From: Atractiella rhizophila
Lineage: Eukaryota
Reading direction: 5' to 3'
NCBI GenBank assembly: GCA_021432655.1
Contig: MU271261.1
Location: 1 to 64,000 of the forward strand
Length of the DNA: 64,000 nucleotides
In this document: in pieces, positions 1 to 10,584 of the stretch
How positions within the stretch are numbered: position 1 is the stretch's first letter
How the letters are laid out: the number at the start of each line of letters is the position of its first letter
Notes under the pieces: model-generated
What the model was told of the DNA's origin: nothing
Databases searched by the model: none
Seen by the model: only the letters and a program-made list of their open reading frames with translations
Position numbers and translations under genes: made by a program

Positions 1-169
1 CTCGCTCAGGAAAAAGCCGAAAGATAAATCTAAGAAGGCTGCCGGTCCGGGAGGAGGTGCTGGATTGGCAAAGGTTATTGGGCCAAGAAGAGGGAAGGGG
101 AGGGAGAAGCGAAGGAGATTGATTAGAGCCAGAGAGAGGGCGATTGGGAAGAAGTCTTCAGCTCACTGA
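1..169 (+). CDS. 3' end of a gene, probably signal recognition particle subunit SRP14 (partial)
   Basis: Frame from position 2 reads SLRKKPKDKSKKAAGPGGGAGLAKVIGPRRGKGREKRRRLIRARERAIGKKSSAH* (TGA 167-169). This resembles the basic 'LRK...GPKRGxGRxKRxR' tail I recall from basidiomycete SRP14. Confidence 0.45.
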   Translation, partial: SLRKKPKDKSKKAAGPGGGAGLAKVIGPRRGKGREKRRRLIRARERAIGKKSSAH

Positions 170-468
170 CCATGGGATACACGATCCATATGCATGTGCA
201 TTAAGTTACAACCATATCCTACCTTTCCCAATGTCCCTTTCGTTGCTGTGCCGTATTAAATGTTCCTTGGGTAATCCACAAATCGGCTGAATTGGAAAGA
301 TAGTGAAAATGGCTCGTGTGCTACCCGATTGATCTGAGTCCGAGAGTTTACACAAACACCACCAACATACCAACGACATCTGTCTCTTCCCGCAAGACTA
401 CACTCATAGCATTAACCACCGAGCCAACTAGCTAACGAACTCGGCTGACCAGAGAGATAAGAATAAGG

Positions 469-3400
469 ATGGCACCAGCCGATCTGTGGGACGATTCCGA
501 AGAATGGCAGGAGATGCCAGTAGTGTTCGTCCATCTCTCCTTCCTTTCCAGCATTTTAAGGTATATTGGCTGATGTCATTCAATCCATGTAACATACAGG
601 CGGAGCGACAATGCCCCCTCATCCTCCTCCGAAGACGAGCGCGCTTCCACGTCCAAAACCAAAGCCGCTCCCAAACGCAAATCCCTCAAATCCACCCGGG
701 CGAGATCCGCCAGTTCAGCTCTAAAGACCCAACCGGCCTACCTCCCGCCCTCAGCAGCGCCGACGGCGAATGCGACGGGAGCCAAGATTGAGGTGGAGTG
801 GGAGGATTCGAAGGGGAGGAGTTTGGGGAAGCCGGGGGAGAAAGGAAGGTGGGAGTGGAGGGAGAAAAGGGAGGGAGAGTTGGATGAGTCGGCTTATACT
901 AGGTTGGAGCTGGATGAGGATAAGGAGGCGGAGGAGGTGTGGGAGAGGACTGGGTATCTTTTTGATGATGTGCGTCGTCTTTTTCTCTTTCTCTCAACTT
1001 TCTTGGTTGGACTTGTGGTGCGAGGTGTAGAAGGAGGGAAGCAGGTGAAGTGTGCTTGTCCAAGCGGCCCACTTACCATCTCCCCGATCAGAGCTCGGGT
1101 TAGTCTGATGCGCTTGTGTCAGCTGGCACTTTCTCCCCTTCCCTCGTTCTACACATCTGCACTTCACTCAAAACCCAAAAAATGGCGTGGAGGCGAGACG
1201 CGACGAAGGATGGAAGCGATGTGGCGCCGTCGTCTGAACGGCAGCCAACCAGCCCAAGGAAAGGACACATAGCATTGCTTCAAGACGTATGGTTCGATGC
1301 TTCTGAGAGAGAACTGCGCAATTGTTTGTGTGCTTAGACAATGAAAGAGCTCTCGCCCATTTCCAGCAAGTGGAAGAATCCTGTCAACATGTCCACTCTA
1401 ACCTAATCGTTCCTCTCTGTTTGCCTTAGAGGTTAATATGGTATCTCTATTTCGAGAAAATTCTCCGTGACTCCTCAGTATTCAATAGCCGGAAACATCA
1501 GTGGATTGGCAATTCCCAGCTCTGTTCGTCTTATGCGCTGCTACATGATGGTGCACTGAGAGTGGTCCAACCCTGAGGCACGAATTCACTCTTTATCTTA
1601 AAGATGGCTAGTTTTCGTTTGCCCTCACGCACCTGATTAGAATCCGGTTCGAATGTTGTAATGAGAGTCGACTTCTGCGGTCGATGACAGACTGTGCTTG
1701 CCTAGATGAAGGGATCTCAAAGCCTTTCTCGGTGTATTATGCACAGTCCACGATGTTCCTCTTTTGCACTAATGCCCATGTGTAGAAGGTTGGATTTTCG
1801 CAATTCTTCCTTTTGAAAGCATGTGGGATGAACAATGACAGTTTTTGAACAAACGTCTTTTGTTAGAATATCGACATATTGGTCTATATTTTTGTCATCT
1901 CAACTGCTTCGAAAACTTGAATGGCTGATACCTTGTCTCCTCCTGGATAGGAATTGAACATGACTCCACTAGCACAACTGCGAGCGACGAAGAATCTCCT
2001 TACCCCTGCACAACGGATAGCCTACGTTGGATTGTGTCGTCTTGTAACTCGTGAAATGTGCACTCCTCTCCGTCTTGCACGAGAACACGGAGCGAAGGAA
2101 TTGTCGCTGGCTGAAGAGAGCTTGAATAACTGGAGCGCCAAAATCATGGGCCGGTTATATCAGCATATGGATATCGTGTCAGATGGTTCATCTTTCCTCC
2201 TTCCACGCGCCGCCGACACTCATAGTCAGTGACAGAGCAACGAATGATCGAAAATCTGGCAGTGCATGGCCTAACATCTGAAGATCTTGTACCATCCCTT
2301 GTGACAACGCATACCGTCCCAAATCCTGAGTACGACCCACAATTCGCAAAGGAGCTGGAGAGGGAAAGAGAGGAAGAAGAGAGGAAGAAAGCAGAGCTCA
2401 AGATAAGGCAGGACAACTCCGTCCCATATGAAGAAAAGCAAGAAGAGAAGGAAGATCCACCGCCTGCTTATCGAGACGAGGACGATGATTGGGACTCTGG
2501 AGATGGTGATCTTGGAGCTGCTCCTTCTACACCGAAGTTGAAACGGAATCATCTCGACGCTAGTTCAACGCCTACCCTTTCTGTACAAGGTCTCAATGGA
2601 GATCCTCCAAAGACAGCCTTTATGACGCCGCCTACAACTCCCTTTCCTGCCTCCTCAGAGCCTCCTCCCAGTACTCCCATTGGAGCACCACCGGACTCAA
2701 AACCCCCTCCTTCGCCTACAAATCTCATTGCTCCCCTTCCCCATACCCTCCCAGGCGTCTCTACCACTCTCACAGCCGCTGATAAAGACGTAACCCTTGA
2801 CATTCGGTGGACGGTGCTTTGTGACCTGTTCCTTCTTCTCATCGCTGATTCAGTTTACGACGCTCGCTCCCGCGTCTTACTGGGGAAGCTGGCTGATAAA
2901 CTAGGGCTAAGCTGGCTGGACGTTGTTCGGTTTGAACGGCGGCTGACTGAAGCACTGGAAATTCAAGAAGCTGCAAAAGGAGACGGTCTTGACGGTGTTC
3001 TCGAGGATAGAAAGATGAAGGGGAAGACGAAGAGAATGGTCATGATGGGTCTTGCGACACTTGGCGGAGGCTTAGTGATCGGTCTTTCTGCTGGATTGCT
3101 TGCTCCCGTAATCGGTGCTGGTTTAGGTGCAACATTTGGTTTAGTGGGTATTAGCGGGACAGGTACATTTTTAGCGGGTACCGGAGGTGCAGCTCTCATC
3201 ACGACGACCGGAGCGGTTACGGGAGGCGGGATTGGATTGAAAGGAATGGCCAAGAGAACAATGCATGTCACAAAATTCGAATTTCGGCCTTTGCATAACA
3301 ATAAGAGGCTCAATGTACTCGTTACTTTACCTGGGTTCGTCCAGTTCATCTCTATCTAATAAATCAGGCTGAATGGAGAAAAGGTTTATGGCAGGGCCTC

Positions 3401-5423
3401 TCGATGACGTTCGTCTACCGTTCAGCGTCGTCGACTCTGTTCATGGCGATATTTTTTCTGTCCTGTGGGAACCTGAAATGATGGGCGACACGGGCAACAT
3501 TCTCAAAATTCTGACCACTGAAGTTTTGAGTACGGTCGGCCAACAAGTCCTTACAGCCACACTCATGGCTGGTCTCATGAGCGCAGTGCAGTGGCCCATT
3601 AGTTCGTGTCTCCCCCGTCAAATTTACAAGCGTTTGCCCTTACACCCGCCACAGTGCTCACCAAACTTGGGTATCTTATCGACAATCCTTGGTCCAATGC
3701 TCTCGATAGAGCGAAAGCTGCCGGCCTCATCCTTGCAGACCTGATTCAAAGTCGACACTTCGGAATTCGACCCGTGACTCTGATTGGCTTCTCCCTTGGA
3801 GCAAGGCTGATCTTCTACGCCCTCCGAGAACTAGCCCGTAATAAAGCTTTTGGACTCGTTCAGGAGGTCTATCTCATGGGTGCCACGGTAACCGCTCCGA
3901 AGAGGGTGTGGAATGAAGTGCGCGGTGTAGTGTCGGGCAGATTTGTGAACGCTTATGCGACAAATGATTGGGTCCTTGGATACCTGTTCAGAGCTACAAC
4001 TGGAGGTTTGCAGACTGTCGCTGGATTGAGTCCTGTCGAAAATATACCGGATCTCGAGAATGTCGATATTACAGATATCGTTGTGGGGCACATGAGTTAT
4101 CGGCAGCTTATGCCTCTCATCCTTGAACGACTGGGTTTCAAAACGACAGCGGATCACTTTGGTACGCCAAATTTCTGTATAGTAGCTTCAATCTGATTCG
4201 GAGCAGATGAACCTGATGAACTCGAGCAAGAAATGCCTTTCCGCGAACTCGTTAGCCAAGAAGAAGACGAGCGGAGGCAAGCCGAGAAGCAGCGAGGTCG
4301 CTTCAGCCGTTTGTTTAGTCGCAATTCACGCTCCTCTGTCGACACTTTGCGGAAGACATCCAACGGATCAGTCCTCCCTTCCAAGACAAACTCAATAGAT
4401 TCACCCCGCCCCGAGAAAGCTTCTAATGATGACGATGACTTACCCCCACGAATTTCTGACGACGAGCTCCCTCCTCGGGAATCGATTTCCGCCAAAAGCC
4501 CACATCCAATTCCTGTTGTTGACGGAGGCTCAATTGGCGATATCACACCTTCCTCTTCATCCAAACCACATCCACAATCAGATACTCCTACTGTGGAAAC
4601 TCCAAAACCTGTGCCGATTGGTTTGGACGTAGACAAGATTCGAGCAGAGATTGCCAGGTCTTCCTCCACTCCGTCACGCACACAAACACCGCCCATTTCG
4701 CCTGCTCGTACCCTATTCGCACGTCCAAACGTAGAACGTGCAGCATCAGTACCTCCAGAAATTACTCGCCCTCTGACATCTCCTATATCCCCTGTTGCGG
4801 AAGAAAACGAAGAGCCTCCGACGAGGCAGACAATGGATTTGAACGAACAGGCGAGGGAGGAATTACGAAAGCAGTGGTCGAAACCGTCAGACTCTCCCGC
4901 CTCCTCTGCCCTCTTCCCGCTCCAGTCTCCCAGAACTCAGGCTTCGCAGAGCTCCCTTCGGGATGCTTGGGGCGGGAGCGGCGGCATGGACGACAAAACG
5001 ACATTTGACCTTTCATTTGCTCGTCAAGAACCTGTTCCATCCATTGTATTCGGAGGCGCAGCCGGAGTAATGGATACCCCATCCATTTCTTTTGCGTCCT
5101 CTGATGGCACGCTTTCCTGGGATGAACCCAAAATCAATTCATTTGGGTCGTATTCTTTGACATCGACCTCGATGTCAATGGGGCCGTCGAGCTCTTTTCA
5201 AGAGGCAAAGTCAGGGATCACCTTCGGTTCGAATGATGGGGACATATTTGAGCAGCAGGCGGATAGAATAGGTTGGAAGGACAAAGCACCCGATCCAGCC
5301 TCGACGCCTAGCTGGTTGATCAAAAATCCTGCGAATTCATTCTCGACAGAGGCATGGAGCAATCCGAATGACGCCTGGGGAGAAGCCTCAATAAACAGAA
5401 AGAAGAGCAAAAATGGGTGGTAA
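469..5423 (+). CDS. DUF726 / TMCO4 / Mil1-like alpha-beta hydrolase-fold membrane protein (multi-exon)
   Basis: ATG 469 (MAPADLWDDSEEWQEMPV). Introns 525-599 and 970-1950 join in frame to TPLAQLRATKNLLTPAQRIAYVGLC. Later exons carry LDIRWTVLCDLFL..YDARSR, GGGLVIGLSAGLLAP, RPVTLIGFSLGAR and GHMSYR motifs. Disordered C-terminus, stop at 5423. Confidence 0.9.
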
Positions 5424-5608
5424 GTTGCGCACAGAACTGTTGGCTTTGTCGTGAACCCTCTTGTTTCGGTCGGGGAACACGAGGTCTTCCTGCATTTCAA
5501 GCATGTACAGTAGTTGCATTGGATACTGATTGTTGCATTGATGTTTGTTGCTTCACCAAATAACCAACAGAGAAACCGCGAGCTTGAAAACGTTCTCAAC
5601 TGTATTTC

Positions 5609-6070
5609 CTCCAAGTTTGCCCTTTTGCTGTCGTCAGCGACCATTTTGCGCAGGTCCTTGCGATGGATCTTCCTGCTTGCTCTGGACAATTGTAAAGAAG
5701 AGGTGATAATGGTTAGTAAAGAAGAGGTGATAATGGTTAAGCAGAGGTGACGACTCAAGAAAGGGAAAAACGCAGGACTTGGGGACACGGCAAAAGATGC
5801 CCAGTCTCAGCCACTTCTGATGTGCGACTTTGGGTTTCATCCATTCTGATATCCCTTCTATTGTCTCATTCGTTTTCTCTTTTGGCACAGTAATAACTAA
5901 GTAGGCTCGAGGAAGTTCTGTCTGTTGCGATGCGTCGAAGATTCCCAAGACTGCCGACTGTGCAACTTAGGGAGCTGGAGCAGGATAGATTCTAGCTCAG
6001 CTGGAGCGACCTGAAGCTTTCCTCAGCCCCTGGGCAACGGAGAGCGAGAAACGCCTGAAATACTTTACAC
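5609..6070 (-). pseudogene. Relic of the C-terminal part of a 4-coumarate-CoA ligase-like AMP-binding enzyme
   Basis: QVAPAELESILLQLP, frameshift near 5968, then VAQSAVLGIFDASQQTELPRAYLV...VAHQKWLRLGI..VPKS, intron, KIHRKDLR. No N-terminal adenylation domain is visible before WBP11. Confidence 0.8.
5692..5739. repeat. 24-bp tandem duplication (GTAAAGAAGAGGTGATAATGGTTA x2)
   Basis: Two exact adjacent copies inside the last intron of the ligase relic; they duplicate the minus-strand branch-point region. Confidence 0.9.
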
Positions 6071-6503
6071 TAGCGCAATATTAGCGATGATTCCCCAAAC
6101 AGTTGGGAAGCTTACTTTGATCAACAGCGCCGATGTTATATCAGCTAAGTTCAAAGTTGAGACAGCACACAAACCTCTTTGGCACGATCGCCGACCGTCA
6201 GAAATGTTTCCGCTGTGGCCTTCCATCACAAATCGTCGTAAACCTCATAACAGGTTGCGTTTGAAGGTGACGAGGAAGACAGAATGGGAATTGCTGTTGC
6301 TCCTTTATTTACTCAGCGTAGGCTTCCACTGTAGCGGGCGGACTGCCAGTAACGGGGCTCTAAAGCTTGTCGGGCATGGGGTGGCGAGGAGGGACGTAAG
6401 GGCTGGGGCGGAGTCCATAAACGGCAATTTCAGAAGGTGCACCGAATGTTGATTCCAACGCGAGGAGTCCATACACAAAAAGCAGGAATGAGACGGGCAC
6501 CTC

Positions 6504-8131
6504 TCACTTCTCCATCCCATTCAGCTCCTCCAAGAAGCTCTCATATTCATCCTTCACCATCTCCATCTCCCCTTTCCTCTTCGACACCTGCACCGTCTCC
6601 TTCTCCTTCATCTCCAACAATCCGCCCTTCCTCAGTTCCACAAGCAGCGTAGTCCTCTCAGTCCTCTCCCCAATCCCTAGTCCACCACCGACCTCTCCTT
6701 TGACCTCCGGCGCACTACTAACCCTCTTCTTCAACTCCGCCTCCTCCTTCGCCTTCCTCTTCTTCACCGCATGCGGCACGAACGCCGCCGCCTCCTTCTT
6801 CAAATCTCGCACCTGCGGAGCAGCGGAAATGGTGGCTGTCGCAGAAATCATAGGTGGAGGGGGCTGGATCACAGGTGGGGGGCCGAATTGTTTCTGCATC
6901 GGATTCGGTGGTGTAGGGAGCGGGTGTGGCTGAGAGGAGGAGGCGGAGGCGGAGGCGTCTGGTATCGACATTGGATTATGAGGTGCGTTGAAACCGGGAG
7001 GCGGAGGAGGGAAAGAAGGTCGGACGGGGAGGTCGTGTGGTGGTCGTTGGGGAGGGAACGATGGGCGAGGTGGTAGAGAGTGAGGCGGAGGCGGCATGGG
7101 CATGCCTTGTTGTGATGGGAAGTAGACTGGAGGTGCGGTCATGTGTGAGGGGAAGGGAGCGGGTGGTAAGTACTGAGGATGCATGGGAACGTGGTGCGGC
7201 ATCTGCATCTGCATCGGCATTGGAGGAGGGAAGTGCTGTTGTTGTTGGTGATGTTGAGGATTGGGCTGGGGATGACGGACGCTTGGGCGGTTGAAGAGTG
7301 GTTGTGGTGAGCCTGTAAATGCATCAGATACAATTGCAGCGATACAAAGTAGGTAGAGAACGCACCATCATCTGTCTTGAATCGTTTAGGGGGAGGTGGG
7401 CCGTCAGGGAGAGGGATATCGTCGTCAGAGTCTTCCTCTTCTTTCTGTGGTGGTGGACCAGGAGGAAGAGGGATGTCGTCCTCATCGCTCTCATCGCCTT
7501 CAGGCTCATCCTCATCCTCACCGTCATCATCTTCCGCATCCGCTACACCGTGCCGTCATTACCCATCGTCTGGCAAGAAAGATAGAAAGACAGACGCACG
7601 CCTTTCAAGGTAAGGCATTCCTGGTGGTGGAACCCCATATGGATTGTAGACGGGATCATAATAAACGCTCTTTTTGGGATTCACCAGCGTTCCATCCTTC
7701 TTGAAGATATTCCTCTCGCCACCCTTCCTCTGCGCGCTCTCCACCTGTTCCTTCAAATTTGACTTATAATCTCCCTGTGCCTGTCCAGGCTTCTTAATGA
7801 TTTTATCCCTCTCCTCCGGATGCTCCTTCAAATAATCTTCCTTCGCTTTGCTGATCTTCTTCACTTCCGCCTTGAGCTCTTTCACCTCTTTATCCTGCGT
7901 CGGAGTGCGGGAAGGGAGGGCGAGGAGGGCGTCGATGCGCTTTTGGAGATCGGATGGGTCTTTCTTGGCGTCCTTTGAAGCTTGAGACTTCTGACGCGCT
8001 TCTTTATTCTTCTTCAGCTCCTTCTGCCGCTGAGCCTTCCCTGCGGTGAAATAGTATCAGCGCAAAGCAAAGTGAGGCAAAGCAAACGCACGGTAGGCGT
8101 CCATGGGATTTGAGGGCTTGTTCTTCCCCAT
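6504..8131 (-). CDS. WBP11: WW domain-binding protein 11 (splicing factor)
   Basis: N-terminus MGKNKPSNPMDAY..RKAQRQKELKKNK, central PKKSVYYDPVYNPYGVPPPGMPYLER, proline-rich region, then ATISAAPQVRDLKKEAAAFVP and C-terminal DEYESFLEEL. Confidence 0.88.
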
Positions 8132-8356
8132 ATTGGGTGTCGTTTGCTCTAGAGACGCTCGGGATAGTTGGTATCTCTTTGCAGGGCTCTACGCTTGCCA
8201 GTGTAGAGACCTTTCCTAGGCGGGCGGATAAGGATATCATTCGCCACACGTGCCTAACAGACAAAACACTAAATACACGCTCCAGTGGAGGATCGAGATT
8301 ACGAGTAGGGGAACAATTGAGGGACGAGCTTGAGCTTGAATTGGGACGAGGAGACG

Positions 8357-8835
8357 ATGAAGGTCAAGATCAAGGCGTACCACCCGATCGCGGTCTGGTC
8401 CTGGAACCTAAAGCAGAATCAACCTTTGAACGCTCAGGCGACAGGGAACGAGGCTGAAGACGGGGACGATGAGGAGGAGGACGTGTGTGGAATTTGCAGG
8501 ATCGCGTTTGATGGTTGTTGCTCGGACTGTAAGGTGCCAGGAGACGATTGTCCTCTCAGTAAGTTTCTTGCCTTTTCTTGCCTTTAGACTATTTGCTGAG
8601 CATTCATGACGTGGGATAGTTTGGGGAGAATGCACCCATGTCTTTCATATGCATTGTCTCTTAAAGTGGCTTAATAGTCCCAATTCGAAGAATCAGTGTC
8701 CTATGGATCGACGGCCTTGGAGTACGTCTTCTTTCCCTTGAATCAGGTAGTTTTGCTGAGCCTGTAAAAGGTACAATGGAGCAGAACACTCTGAAGGTTA
8801 AAGAGGAGAGTGTGGGAGTCCAATTACCTTCCTAA
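8357..8835 (+). CDS. APC11: Anaphase-promoting complex RING-H2 subunit 11
   Basis: MKVKIKAYHPIAVWSW...CGICRIAFDGCCSDCKVPGDDCPL, intron, WGECTHVFHMHCLLKWL..CPMDRRPW, intron, stop TAA 8833-8835. Confidence 0.95.
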
Positions 8836-9016
8836 CGCTCTCCTATGCACATCTCATTAACAGGTGTAATCAGTGTGGTACATATGTAATCTAACATTGT
8901 ATTTCATTCTACGTTCCATTGATTAGTACAACAACAAGTCGAGCAGACGACAAACAGTCCCGGCAAAGAATTTCGAAGTTCACGGCCCAAAAACTACCTT
9001 GTTCCACCGAATTTCC

Positions 9017-10337
9017 TCAAACACTCTTTCCCATTTCACCTCTCCACCTCTTCCACTCTCCATATGCCACTCCACCCTTCAAACACTGGTACCTCACAAC
9101 CTTCACCCCTCTCCTCATCCTCTCCGTGATCTCCCCATCCCAACCCGCCTTCCGCATCAACGAATCCAGCGTCTCTATCTTCGTCCACTCCTGTTCTTTC
9201 GCAACATCCGGTAGGTAGGTGGCGCTCAAGTTACCGTAGCCGTGCGGGAGGAGGTCAGAGAGGGAGTATTCCTTTTCTTCTTGTGGCGGGGGCAGGACTG
9301 GAGTCGAAGGACTTTTCACTTTAGATTGGGATTGGGTTTGTGTTTGAGTTTTGTGAGATTGAGATTTGAGCAGAGAGGAAAGGTGGGAGCGAAGAAGAGA
9401 GGGTGATTTGACTTTTGAGCCGGAAGCACGAGAGGAAGAGTCAGTCGATGGCGGCCTCGTGAGAGTAGGGGTATTGAGGGAAGTGGTTGATCCGGCGTCA
9501 GGAGGGGAGAACAAGTCACTGGACGACGAAGGGGTGGCAGTGGAGCTGGAACCTGAACCTGATCCTGGGGTATCTACCTGTTTCTCCAACACAGTTGGCA
9601 TGAGAACAGGTATAGTGGTTTCCTCTTCGGTGTCGTCGACCTCGATTTCGCCTTCGCTCGTCAAATCGTTCTCGGATATCGGATCATCTTCCTCCTCCTC
9701 TCCTTCCGAAGTGGAGGAGACGGGATATCCCCGCAGTTCAGGGTTCGGAAAGCTGATGTAAATCCCATGCACGCCGATGGTCCAGTCGAGGTAGTTAGAG
9801 GCCGGCTCAAACTTTGTTAGGAGCGAGATGCTGTTCCACTCCTCATGTCAGTAATGCAAGATACATGAAGATCGTGGAATGGAAGAAGGAAGAGCGTACC
9901 CGCATTCAAGGCGGGAGAGCTCCCGGGAGGTGATGGGGTTGAAACGACGGTCTTTGAAGGCGCTACTCTCGTTTGACGGTCGAAGCAACACAGTCAACAA
10001 AAGACAAGCCAAGATACAACATGTAAAGGAACCAAGCATCCATCAGCACCACTCTCTACTTGCCCACACCAGATAAAGAACAATGACCTCACCTAATGAT
10101 AGCATATTCTGCCAGGCCGTCGCCCAACCTCAACTTCTCAAAGTTTCCAATGCAACCTCTGAGGCGTACGCTCCTACTGGTGCTGCTGGTGATGTTCCAA
10201 GTAACAAACAAGGGGTATTCGTCTTTGTAACCGGGGAGGGATCTGGGCGATGGGGACGTGGAGGAAGTGAGACGGGAATGGAGGACGTCAAAACAGTAGA
10301 GAGCGTATAAGCGGAGGTCTTCGTTGGTTGGCGCCAT
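9017..10337 (-). CDS. AMMECR1-domain protein
   Basis: EYPLFVTW..RLRGCIGNF..GLAEYA, SAFKDRRFNPIT..EL..LEC, LDWTIGVHGIYISF, LSATYLPDVAKEQEWTKIETLDSLMRKAGW; several introns. Confidence 0.92.
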
Positions 10338-10584
10338 GGAGTGCTGGACAGGCAATCGCTAGCAAGACAAGCGACGGCCTGATAGATGTTGGACGTTGCA
10401 CTGGCAGGTTTGTCAATTGCTTGCCTTTATTTGCTGTGGCCCACCCGCGATCATTCGATCGGATCGCCCTTTGGTGCCAGCCTCTATGATAATCAAGGCA
10501 GGGTCAAGTGGCCAAGAATTAAGGAAAAGTCATGTTCATTTCACTCGAAGATCGAGAAAGGTCGCAAGACATTCCAACCCATGT

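Noticed and set aside
793..1272. Stand-alone 159-aa ORF
   Set aside because: It is exon 2 of the DUF726 gene reading on into the intron.
1545..1660. TPP riboswitch-like words (GGTGC..CTGAGA..ACCC..CACCTGAT) in the long intron
   Set aside because: The TAAT...AGCG pyrophosphate-sensing arm is missing, the spacing is wrong, and the host gene is not thiamine-related.
1640..1660. tRNA T-loop-like GGTTCGAAT
   Set aside because: No T-stem closure and no cloverleaf.
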